NCBI RefSeq assembly: GCF_009914755.1
Contig: NC_060931.1
Source of the DNA: the human T2T-CHM13v2.0 reference genome, Homo sapiens
Direction: 5' to 3' (one strand)
Length of the DNA stretch: 64,000 nucleotides
The notes beneath the pieces were generated by a model, which was not told the origin of the DNA, made no database searches, and saw only the letters and a program-made list of their open reading frames with translations. Of this stretch, positions 1-14,478 are shown one piece after another (the first letter of the stretch is position 1; every line of letters starts with the position of its first letter). Made by a program: the position numbers and the translations under genes.

Positions 1-3285
<3,285 letters not shown>

Positions 3286-3289
<4 letters not shown>

Positions 3290-3345
3290 GCACTTAGCAT
3301 GGGGTCTGTACACTTATGGGCAATTATTATTATTATCTATTATTG
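3286..3345 (+). mobile_element. MIR 3' remnant
   Basis: AAAGCACTTAGCAT...CAATTATTATTATT resembles the MIR 3' end. Confidence 0.45.
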
Positions 3346-3987
3346 TTGATTATTACTAAAAAACAGAAGTTACAGCATGCAAAGCCTTCAAACCATGAAC
3401 CGTATAAAGAAGGTCAGCAGGCTCCTCAGTGTTTTCCTTTTCAACTTAGCTTTTATCTAACTCACATGCATGGGTTTGACTATAAAATTTCATTTGAATC
3501 AAGAATAATATGATACTTTATATTTTAAGATGATTGGTCTAATGAAAGACTATTTATCTAGAAGTAATGACTAGGTAGGTGGGTGACATTGGGCAATTTA
3601 CCTAACTTCTCTACCATGAACCCATCTCTATGAAGTAATGGCATCAGTTTGGATAATATTGAATAATCTGTATGGCTGTCAAGGTATGTTCTTTAGTTGA
3701 TATTATTTGGCATTGATTTGGCACTTTAAACTTCAATTCATTTGTACTTATCTTTGAGTTTTACAACATTAATACCTTTATATCAATATAGCAACTAGAG
3801 AAATTCAACTATTTATTTCTGTTTTCCTGGCTAATTTTCTACCCAATAACATCACAATAATAATGCAATTTCATTACTATACTGATTATTATACTAGCTA
3901 CAAATTTGAAATCATATGCATGATAATAACATGTATAAAGCAGCACAGTAAAAATATACTTACTTTGCTATTTCACCTTTTAGACTG

Positions 3988-5145
3988 TGTTGCTTTTACA
4001 GCTGGCATTGAGTGTCTGTGGCTTTTCCAGGCACAGGGTACAAGATGTCACTGGATCTACCATTCTAGGGTCTGTAGGACTGTGACCCTCTTCTCACAGC
4101 TCCACTAGGCAGTGCCCCAGTGAGGACTCTGTGTGGGGGCTGCAACCTCACATTTCCCTTCCACACTGCCTTAGCAGAGGTTCTACATGAGGGCTCCACT
4201 CCTGCAGCAAACTTCTGCCTGGACATCCAGGTATTTCCTTACATCCTCTGAAATCTAGATGGAGGTTCCACAACCTCAATTCTTGACCCAGGTGCACCTG
4301 CAGGGCCAACACCATGTGGAAACTTCCAAAACTTGGGGCTTGCACCCTCTGGAGCAATGGCCTGAGGTATACATTCGCCCCTTTTGGTCATGGCTGGAGC
4401 AGCTGGGACACAGGGCGTTAAGTCCCAAGGCTGCACACATTAGGGGATCCCCGGGCCTGGCCCAGGGAACCTTTTTTTCCTCCTAGGCCTCTGGGTCTGT
4501 GAAGGGAGGGACTGCTGTGAATATCTCTGACATGCCCTGGAGACATTTTCTCCATTGTCTTGGTGATTAACATCAGCTCCTCATTACTTATGTAAATTTC
4601 TTCAGCAAGCTTGAATTTCTTCCCAGAAAATGGGTTTTTCTTTTCCACTGCATCATCAGGCTGCACATTTTTTCAAACTTTCATACTCTGCTCCCTCTTG
4701 AATTCTTTGCCACTTAGAAATTCCTTCTGCCAGATACCCTAAATCATCTCTCTCAAGTTCAAATTTCCACATATCTCTAGGGCAGGTGCAAAATGCTGTC
4801 AGTCTCTTTGCTAAAGCACAGCAAGAGTGACATTTACTCCAGTTCTCAATAATTTTTTCATCTTCATCTGAGATCACCTCAGCCTGGATTTTATTGTCCA
4901 TGTCACAATCAGCATTTTAGTCAAAGCTATTCAGCAAGTCTCTAGGAAGTCCCAAACTTTCCTACATCTTCCTGTCTTCTGCGCCCTCTAAGTCTCTAGG
5001 AAGTTCCAGACTTTCCCAGATTTTCTTACCTTTTTCTGAGCCCTCCAGACTGTTCCAACCTCTGCCTGTTATCCAGGTCCAAAGTTGCTTCCACATTTTC
5101 AGGTATCTTTACAGCAGTGCCCCAATCTCTGTGGTATCAATTTAC
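3988..5145 (-). mobile_element. THE1(C/D)-int, MaLR internal region, truncated
   Basis: Typical THE1-int sequence (CTCCACTAGGCAGTGCCCCAG, CTTCTGCCTGGACATCCAGG). Minus-strand ORF 4656-4901 (MDNKIQAEVISDEDEK...WKFELERDDLGYLAEGISK) is the degenerate MaLR ORF. Confidence 0.93.
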
Positions 5146-5396
5146 TGTGTTAGTTGGTTCTCACACTGCTAACAAAGACATGACCAAGACTGGGTAATTT
5201 ATAATGGAAAGAGGTTTAATTAACTCAGAGTTTCGAAGGGTTGTGGAGGCCTCTGGAAACTTACAATCATAGAAGAAGGGGAAGCAAACACTTCCTTATT
5301 GATATGGTGGCAGCAAGGAGAAGTTCAGAGCAAAAGAGGAGAACCCCTTATAAAACCATCAGATCTCATGAGAACCAACTCACTATCACAAGAACA
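5146..5396 (-). mobile_element. THE1D-like LTR (5' LTR of the element, truncated)
   Basis: TGTGTTAGTTGGTTCTCACACTGCT...GACTGGGTAATTTATA...CTTACAATCAT...CCCCTTATAAAACCATCAGATCTCATGAGA. Confidence 0.9.
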
Positions 5397-6039
5397 TAAA
5401 ACAATTGAGATGTTTGGTAAACCAAGCATGTCCCTAAGCTGCCAAGAAATGTACCCCCAAATATGCAGCAGAACTAATTTCATAAAGAATGTGTATCTAC
5501 CTCAGGAGACAGAAGGAAATATTAAGTGTCCGTGCATCTTATATACTAACTCGTTATGCTATGTTTTTTATGTAGGTCCTTGTAGGGAGACTTCCAGGTC
5601 ACAGGTTTGGGTCTAAGACACAGGAAGGCTGAAGAAGCAAGTATTTAACATTTTTACCTTTACAAAGACAGTTTTTGATACCAACCAAGACTCAATAGAT
5701 GAGAGAGTTGTCACAACTAGAAATAAATTCAGATTCTAAATGGTCAGAATAGATAAAAATGTTTACCAACTCATGCCCACCATAACCACACACTGTGTGT
5801 CAAGTCTTGTACCTACCCACAGAAAATGGAAATGAGCAGTTCATATTCCTTGATTTCCCAAGTAACTGTCTAGATTGAGGGATGCTCAAATACAAAATTT
5901 GAATCTTATGTGATAGGGGCTATGAAAATATAAAAAGAGAATCCAAGGCTGAGAGGATGAAAATACATGCCAGAATTATTTGAGAATCATCCAGTTATTA
6001 ACTTTAAATCAATAATCTGAATGGAGCAGTCATCCTGCA

Positions 6040-6985
6040 TAGAAAATCCTTAATGTCATTCTTTAATCTTTTCTTTCTCTCATATATCATATCTAATCCC
6101 CCAGGAAATCCTCTTGACTCTTCCTTCAGATTATATCCAAAAAATAATAATTATTATTATTATATTATTAGCATTATTATTATTATGGAAAGACAGTAGG
6201 AGACCAGGTAGGAAGTAATAATTATTATATTCTTAAATCACATATAATTTCTAGGAAACATTATTTCCTAGTAATATCAGTATCTAATATATTATTATTA
6301 TTTTTATTACTTCCTACCTGGTCTCCTACTATCCTTCCATAAGAGTTTACTCAAAATGAAGCATTTAAAGTTGAAATGCATATACCTCAGAACCTTCCAA
6401 TGGCCTGCAAACTCTCCCAGAAAACAAGCCCAAGCACTTAATATGGCCTATCAGGCACTACAAAATCTGGCCTCAGTTGCCTCCACCATTACCACTTCCC
6501 CCTCATTCCCTGAACTCCAGCCACAGTTGCTCCCTTGCCGTTCTTCCGACATAGGATCTGTGCTCCTGCCTTACTGCGCTTGTTCTTGGCTCTTATTGTG
6601 TTCTTATCTGTTCCCTCTGCCTGGAATGCTCTTCCCTCAATTATCTGCATAGCATGTTCCCTCACTACCTTTAGTCTTTACTGAATTACACTTTTTTAGT
6701 GAGCCCTTCCCTGGACACCCTATTTCAAATTTGAATGGCTGCCTCCGCCCACAACTTGACATTTGCCATCCCACTTCTTTGCTTTAGATTTTTCCATAGC
6801 ATTATCACTTTCTAGTCTTTTATATCATTTATTTATTTTGTGTGCCCTTTGTATAACTCCTCCTTTAACATGTAAGATCAATGAAAGCAAGGATTTTTGT
6901 TAGTGCTGTGTCCACATTGCCTAAAATAGTAAGTTCCTGGCATATAGTGAATACTCACAACTATCGTCAAATAAATGATTGAATA
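6040..6985 (+). mobile_element. L2a 3' portion, interrupted by a rearranged segment at ~6140-6340
   Basis: L2 motifs CCTTCCAATGGC, TTCCCTCTGCCTGGAATGCTCTTCCC, and 3' end CCTGGCATATAGTGAATACTCA...AATAAATGA. Confidence 0.8.
6183..6342. repeat. 39-bp inverted repeat (arms 6183-6221 and 6304-6342)
   Basis: TTATGGAAAGACAGTAGGAGACCAGGTAGGAAGTAATAA versus the reverse complement of TTATTACTTCCTACCTGGTCTCCTACTATCCTTCCATAA; 2 mismatches. Confidence 0.95.
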
Positions 6986-7504
6986 ATAAGCGTCTACCAG
7001 TTATGTGAACAGACCCCAAATGAAGGATAAAAACACACAGAAATTCTCCTTTCGGCTTTACTTTTTCTTTTTGTGCCTTAGAATTTATTTTCCTAGTAAT
7101 TTCAGTATCTAATATTTGGATGTTGTATTTCTATCCTCATCCCTGTGAACTCACAGTCCAGGAATCCTTCTTCTTCTTCCCAAAGTAAATGCCAGTGTAA
7201 AGACACTTTTTGTCTGCCAAATATCAGAGAACATAGAAGAAGGAGAAAGCTGAGAGTGCATCTTGTACTTGTTTCTTTTTCAATGCCTTCTTCCTTTTAC
7301 ATTTTTTTCCTACTAATGATTCTCATCTTCAAATTTAATGTAGGCAGCAACATAAAAGCTCTAGGAGAAGGAAATGCTTTCCTTGCTCCAACTTGAAAAG
7401 AGAGAAATCCTTTTCCTAGCTATATTCTAGGGTACCAACTTCCTCCATAACTAAGCATGTTTTTGTTATCTCGGGGTAGACTTGGTTGAGCTCCCCTTAG
7501 ACAG

Positions 7505-7735
7505 TGTTATTAAATGTGTACTATAGACCAGACACTCTTTAGGAGTTTTCAAAGCTGGAATGTAATTTAATTCAAACAACAATATTACAGTTCTAAATTA
7601 TTATCCCCACATTACAGTTTATAAACTGAAGTTGGGCAAAAATAGGAAATGTGCCTAAGGTCATCTATCTAGAGACGGAGCTTATATCCAAACTCTTGTC
7701 AGCCTGACTCCAAAAATGGCTCTTTTTCCACTTTC
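7505..7735 (-). mobile_element. MIR
   Basis: TTATTATCCCCACATTACAG...AAACTGAAG...TGCCTAAGGTCA...CTGACTCCAAAA, antisense MIR core. Confidence 0.7.
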
Positions 7736-10700
7736 TTGCATCCTGATTACAAGTATCTCTTCAAGCATCAGGTCTTCTTTTTCATCATTTCAGTGTTATT
7801 CTCAGCCCCCAAAGGCATCCTTAGGTTACTAAAAACTTAAAGAGAATTTATTTCCCCACCACGGCCTTTTTTTTTTTTTTTTTTTTACATTTTAAAATTG
7901 GAATCTAGAATATAAACCACAGAAACAATTATCCATTTATTTCGAACCTGTTTAGGGAGGTAAGTTACGAAAAGAGATAAAAACAGCTTGTGAAGGTATC
8001 GGAGGCACCTCCATACTGATGCTCATTTTATTCTATTAGTTAAAGAGAAACTAGAGGCAGTCACACTAATTTGAGGTTCAGCCTGCCCCTGACCACTTTC
8101 TTTCTATCTAAACAAAAAGAAACGCGTGGAAGACAAAAAGATCTAAGAGGCTTGGCACACTTCTGTACAAATTCAACCAAGAAATGTAGTTCTCTTTCTT
8201 ATAGACCATTAGAATAAATTAATACCTTCCCAGATAGTTAAGGGAGACTTTTTTGTTGCATTGATATATTACTTGGAAAAAAGGAAAAATGTGCCCCTTG
8301 TTTCTACTTCATGCTTTATTGTTAAACCTCTGTCTGCCTTTTGTTCCACTGTCACCCTGTACCTTGGATGTTCCTAGATGCCAAAATTCACAAGACAATG
8401 TGCTGCCTATTGTTAAACATATGCCTGCCTCCTTGGTTGCCACTGTGTTGACATTAGTACCTTTGCCCCGAGCACCCAGCTTAAAGAGGTTTCTGTTGCA
8501 GCTCAGCTCCTACAATGATTTGTACCTATTGACAGGATCGCAGATAATTAGCATTGGTGGCTTGTCAGCTGCCACTGAGATCACTCTGATTCTCTGTGGA
8601 AAATATCCACAAGAGCAGACACTTTTTCACTAGGGTTTCTAGAGCAAATTATAATTACTTCTTTTTTCAAATAAAAGAAAACATTTCTTCCATCACTACT
8701 GTGTCTTCAAGCAGTGAAAAACAAATGGTATTTCAGATATTTTTCCCTCCATCCCCTAGCCACGTTTCATTTTGAAGACCCACAGATTCTTACACCAATG
8801 CCCTATTCGACACTACATGGCTCTGTTTATGAGCTTCCTTTTCATTCATGTTATTTTTTTCACCATGTGTATGATTTGAGACATTTAGGGATGCTGCTAA
8901 GTACTTGAGGTGCTGTTTGAAATTGACAGAGACTTCTACTAACTGTCAGGGTTTTCTAAGAGGTTCAGGCTGCTTTTTCAAAGAAGACTAAAAATATGTA
9001 TGTAGATTAATGGAAATTGTGTTATTTTTGCAATGTAGAATGCTATTTTCATTTTTTTAAAAAAAAACAGATTTCTGTTCCCATTTAATTCTGCTTGTGT
9101 CACCTTTCTAAAATCATAATCTTCCCACTCCTGTACTTGTATTTTTCCATTGCAGAGCTAACAAATCAGTGTGTATGCTTAGTAAATGCAAGAAATTTTA
9201 AAATATACTCAAGAAAGTTGGATTCTTACATTCATTCCTCTTTAAAAATAACCAACAAATTATTTTCATCAATATACATGGAGATTAAGGCACTTAGATA
9301 TAAGAAATGTCAAACATAAAATTATAAAATTAAATTCCTCTTACAATGCCATGGGATGTGTAAGAAGTGCTAACAGGTTTTTAGTATTATATCTCTCTTT
9401 AGTGTTGTATTAGTATCTCATATTGTATCTCTCTACAAATGATTTCATTAGTGTTATTTCCTTAGCACACTTCAAAGTGTATTGTCCCATAAAATCCTTC
9501 CCCAAAAATTGGATTCTTTTTTGTTTTTTTTTTGGTATGCAATGGTCTAAAGAGTTAAGGCCTTCAACATTTATTTAAAATTTGATATCTGAAGTTGAAT
9601 CTTATAGGCAAGGTTATTAAACTTGAGAAAATTAATAAAAATTGAGTATCATCCTTTTTTAAAAGAAGCATGTTCAACATAAATGCTTGCCACTCAACTC
9701 TCTTGTACAAATTCTAGATTCTGAGTTTCATTCAACTTTGCCTTGAGAGTAAATTTACAGGTAACAGTAAGCATATTAAAGAGCACAGATATTGAAAACC
9801 CTAACTATGATGGGTTTCTGGCCAAGAGGAATATTACCATTTCTGATAATTCTCTTTTAACAGAATAATATTTATGAGTACCTAAACCTTTAAAATGATT
9901 TTTAAAGTGTAATATTAAAGGAAATAAAATAGTCTATAATCTCTGCCCTGAGCCCTATCCCTTGGCTGAAATAATCATTTACCTTGTTACCTTATCCTAT
10001 ATTGTGATAATAATTCCTATTTTTCATACGCCTTACAACTCCTTTCCATGAAAAGAAATAAAACAAGTCTGTAACTACTATAAAGGCATAAGAGATGAAA
10101 AAATAAACTTTACAAATAAGAACCATAAGACAAAAATCATACCACTACAGTTGATTTTTATATTTTCAATGAAGTGTGCAAATATTGAATATAAAAAGCA
10201 AATAACAGAATACTAATAATCATGGTTGTACTCTGCTTTAATCCTGTTTTCCATATACCTGTTTATCCAAACTTACTTTTCTACTATCTGTATGTCAAGC
10301 AAAGATAGGCCATGCTGCAGTAACAAATCACAGCATCTCAAAGCGTAGTATAACATAAGCTTATTCATTCTCTTTTGAAGTTCTATAGAGATTGGTGAAG
10401 GTAGCATCTAACTTTCTAGATTGTTTGAGTATCCACTTTTTAGATGTATTCTTCCCCCGCCCTTACAGACTAAGATGGTTAAACCATGACTTAATTTTAA
10501 ACCTTGGCAAGTATATTGCATTTTTCAAGACAAGAAGTATGTCCTTTTTTTTTCAATTTTGATGACATAGTATGGAAGAATGTAATAATTAAATCTCTCA
10601 AAGTAAATGCAACTGATACCCTCCTTCTTTAAAGTTATTTTAAGAACTTTAATTTTTCACATGTATAATCTCTAAAGTTAGATGCATAGGTATATAAGCA

Positions 10701-11187
10701 AGCATTAAATTTTTATTCATTAACTTTTGCAAACTAATTGGTATTGAAAAGTATTGCCAGTAATACATTGTGTTAAGTGTAATTTTTCTACACATTTGGG
10801 TCACTGATTCTTTCACGTTTTGATGTCACTTAGTCTAACATAAGTGGCATTTTTTTAACTGAAGTGCCTAATTTGTATAGTGAAAACAAAATTATTCAGC
10901 TGTCAGTCTTTTCTCTTTACTCTTGGGTTGTAAATTATAGGTTGAAATTTACTAGCAGCCACTGTATTTGATTTGCAGAAAGAAGCAAAGGAGGCATCTT
11001 TGATCGCCACATCTTTTACCATTTATATCTTGGTTTATCAAAATTGAAGGTGACATCGCAGATTATATTATTCCTAGAAAAGGCTGCAGGTTGGAAAAGC
11101 CATAGGTTTGGCTTTCTACCATAGAAGGGAAATCTTTGAATATAGAAAACTGTGCATGTTTATTATTGAAGGGTAAGAATTGAAAGG

Positions 11188-11211
11188 TAGATAGAAGATA
11201 GATAGATGATT

Positions 11212-11258
<47 letters not shown>

Positions 11259-11280
11259 CGATAGATGGATAGATGAATAG
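11188..11280. repeat. Compound (GATA)n tetranucleotide STR
   Basis: 11 uninterrupted GATA units at 11212-11255, flanked by GATG/GATC/GAT variants. Confidence 0.98.
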
Positions 11281-11791
11281 TAGAATACCCTGACTGGCTA
11301 CATTGGATAAATAAAATGTTTCTTAGTTTTGTTTTGTTTTTTTTTTCTTGCAGTTGAGCCTTTTGCTTTCCAGAAGAGCATATACCAAGCCACCCCAAAG
11401 CACATCACAGGATTGCCTGGTTTCCCCCTAGCTATCATTTAGACTATACTGCTATATCAAATTGTATTGTCAGGGTTTTTGCCTCTCGGTGAGTCTGTTC
11501 GTGCAAGCTAGTTGGATATTTTGATTTGACTGGTCAAGGTAAAAAAAAAAAGAAAACCTACATTTCCAGAGATCCAAGACAATAAGATGACTAATTAATG
11601 TCACGTGATTTTAAAATTCTTATTCATTTATTTGTTCCTTAGATGTTATGTGAATAATACACAATATCTGTCTTTGGGGGCTTAAAAGCTAATGGTTGAA
11701 GAAGCAGACATATGTAGAAGTCGTAATAGCTCTATGAATTTTAGGGGCAGTTCATTTGCTGAGGTGAAGGAGATAGTTGGAGCAGGCTTAG

Positions 11792-12401
11792 TGTATTCAT
11801 TTCTTTATTGATGCCTAACAAATTAACATAAAATTAGCAGCTTAAAATCAACAATTAGTTATTATCTCACAATCCTCTACATCAGAAGTCTGAGTGGATT
11901 TGACTGGGTTTTCTGTTCTGGGTCTCAGAAAGCTAACAAAAATTTTGGCTAAGTTCAGCTCATATCTAGAGGCTCAGGGGAAGAATGCACTTATATGCTC
12001 ATTCAAGCTAATGACATAATCTAGTTATTTGTGGCTGTAGGTCTGAGGTCTTTGTTTCCTTGCTGCCTTGCGGCCAAGGGGGCACTTTCTGCTCCTGGAA
12101 GCCACCTGCCTTCTTTCTCATGTATTCCCGTCCATCTTCAAAGCCAGCAACAGCACTTGGAGCCCCCGTGTTTCAAATATCCCTGACTTCTTCTGCCACC
12201 AGCCAGAGAAAATTTTCAACTTTTAAAGGGCTCATGTGATTAAATTAGATCCATCTAGATAATCTCCTTATTTTAAGGTCAACTGGCTGGCTACTGTAAT
12301 TACAACAGTAAAACCCCTTTTGCCATGTAAGATAACATAATCATCAGAGTAACACCAGCGGCAAAGGTCATGGAGGACATTCCAAATTTTTGCACACCAC
12401 A
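11792..12401 (-). mobile_element. MLT1E-type solo LTR (MaLR)
   Basis: TGTATT...CCACA termini; MLT1E motifs (TCCATCTTCAAAGCCAGCAA, TTTTAAAGGGCTCATGTGATTA, TTTTAAGGTCAACTG); near-TSD CTTAG/CTTGG. Confidence 0.85.
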
Positions 12402-12599
12402 CTTGGAGAAGTCTTTTTTACAGAGGTAGGTAGGATTGAACCCCAATAATTTGGAGGAAAGGACAGAGACAATGGGGCATGGAAATTTATGTCATATTTT
12501 TAAGGATGGTGGGAAAGTCCACTGCGCTTGTCTCAAGACAATCAAGTGATACTTATCTTGGGTTCTTATACAGTTTCATAGATTTTCATTTCTATGTAG

Positions 12600-13285
12600 C
12601 GAAGAGCTAATAACATAAGGCAAAATGTGTAATCGGTGTACCAAAGGCTGCTATAGGATCATAGAGAATAAGCACCGAGAAAAAAGGCATCTGATTCAGC
12701 CCTCAGCAATGGTTGGAGGTATTAGGAAAGGTTTCCATGAAGAAACCTGAACTGAATTCCTATTAAATAATAGGAATATTTGTCAAGTAACTAGATGGAG
12801 AACAATAAATGGACCATGAAAAAAAAAGAAACAAAGATCAAAGACATGAAGGATTTAGAGAAGAAGAAAGTGGCAAACGCAAGAAGAGTTTCAGTGAAAA
12901 CCTGATGTCTGATGAGATTAGTTTGCATGTGTTCAGTTTGAGGTGTTTGAAACAAAGAAGTGGAGCTGCCTAGCAGTCAGATAGACCTGTCTGTCTGTCT
13001 GTCTGAAAATCTTCAGAAGTAGAGCTGGCTAAATATATTTAAAAATTAAGTTAAACTAAATGATGTGAGCATCACCTTGTATTTGTAGTATTTAAAGTCT
13101 TAAGTATGAAAGAATTACCCCAAAGAAAAGCATAAGAATATAGGAGTGAGAATCAACTTGCTATAGTAAAAGAGTAATGGGAAGTAAAGAGAATAGAAAT
13201 ATGGGTGGAGACTACTGTTTCCTTAAGCTTGACCTGGAGGGAAATGAGTAATACAATATTAGTTTTAAAAGGGTAGATCCACTAG
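12600..13285 (-). mobile_element. L2 fragments
   Basis: Antisense L2-like segments (GATGAGATTAGTTTGCATGTGTTCAGTTTGAGGTG...GTGGAGCTGCCTAGCAGTCAG). Confidence 0.55.
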
Positions 13286-13287
13286 AG

Positions 13288-13503
13288 AAGGATTTCTCAA
13301 AGCCAGTGGCAACACTATTGACATTTGGAGATAATTATTTGCTGTGTGGGGCTGTCTAATGCATTATAAGATGTTTAACAGCTATCTCTGAGCCCTACCC
13401 TCTAGATGTCAGTTGCAATCCCCAAGGTGAGACAACCAGAGTGTCTGCAAACATTGCCCAAATGTGTTCTTGGAGAAAAACCACTCCTGGTTGAGAACCA
13501 CTG
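13288..13503 (-). mobile_element. MER20 (hAT-Charlie DNA transposon)
   Basis: CACTATTGACATTTGG...CTCTAGATGTCAG...ACATTGCCCAAATGT...GGTTGAGAACCACTG matches antisense MER20. Confidence 0.9.
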
Positions 13504-13993
13504 CTCTATAAGATGCTCATGTTAATTAGGCAATCAATAATACCACAGTTAGCAGAGGATAAGACTGAATACTGTGAGTGATCCAGTGGGGAAACAAAAG
13601 CATCTGTTGAAAATAGAAACGTTCAATGAAGGAGTAAAATAAACCTAGGAAAAGATAGAGAGTAATACTGTTCACAGGATTTGAAAAAAACTAAAATAGG
13701 TTGGCAGCCAGTGATAGCATAGCCAATGATTCTTTTATCGTTGGAGATCAAGAAATGAAGCCAAGTGTCTTTTTTTCTACCTGAGGACAACCAGCACAAT
13801 ACTTCCAGGTATGTCCTGGATCCCAGCCTTTCTTGCAAGCCTTTCTTGCCTTCTCGAGATCATTCCTTTAGCAATGCTTCCTTTACTCTCTCTCTCTCAT
13901 TAACAAATTGCCCCTCTCTACAGCTCATTTCTATACCAAAATAATTCAAAATTCTGAGAAACACTGCTTGTGCCCACCAACATTAAAGGTATA

Positions 13994-14478
13994 TGCATTC
14001 ATTTCCTATTGCTGCTATAACAAAGTTTCCCAAACTTAGTGCTTAAAACACAAATTTCCTCTGTTACAATTCTGATATCCAGAAGTCTGAAATGAGTCTT
14101 ATGCGTCTAAAACCAAGGTACACAGGAGTCCTGCATTCCTTCTGGAGGTTCCAGGAGAGAATCCACTCTCTCATCTTTTCTAACTTCTACCTATCACCTA
14201 CATTTCTTGGCTTGTGGCCCCTTATCCATCTCCAGAGCATGTCATTTCAACCTCTGTGTCCACCATTCCATCTCCATATGTCTTTGTCTTTCTTGCCTCC
14301 ATCTTTGAAAGACATTCGTGATTCCATTGGGCCCACCAGAATAATCCAAAAGATTCTTTCCACCTCAAAATCCTTAACTTTATCACATCTTCAAAGTCAC
14401 TTTTGCCATTTAAGGTAATGTAGGTTCCAGGATTAAGATGTGAACATCTTTCGGGGAGCCATTACTAAGCCTAACACT
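13994..14478 (-). mobile_element. MLT1D-type solo LTR
   Basis: TTTCCTATTGCTGCTATAACAAA...CAGAAGTCTGAAATGAGTCT...GGGCCCACCAGAATAATCC; 5-bp TSD GTATA at 13989-13993 and 14479-14483. Confidence 0.88.

Noticed and set aside
4148-4901. Several 65-82 aa ORFs
   Set aside because: Fragments of the degenerate THE1/MaLR internal ORF and other frames, not a host gene
4936-5046. ~54-bp tandem duplication (AAGTCTCTAGGAAGT...GCCCTC x2) in THE1-int
   Set aside because: I recall this duplication as a shared feature of THE1C/D internal sequences, so it is probably not locus-specific; confirm against Dfam
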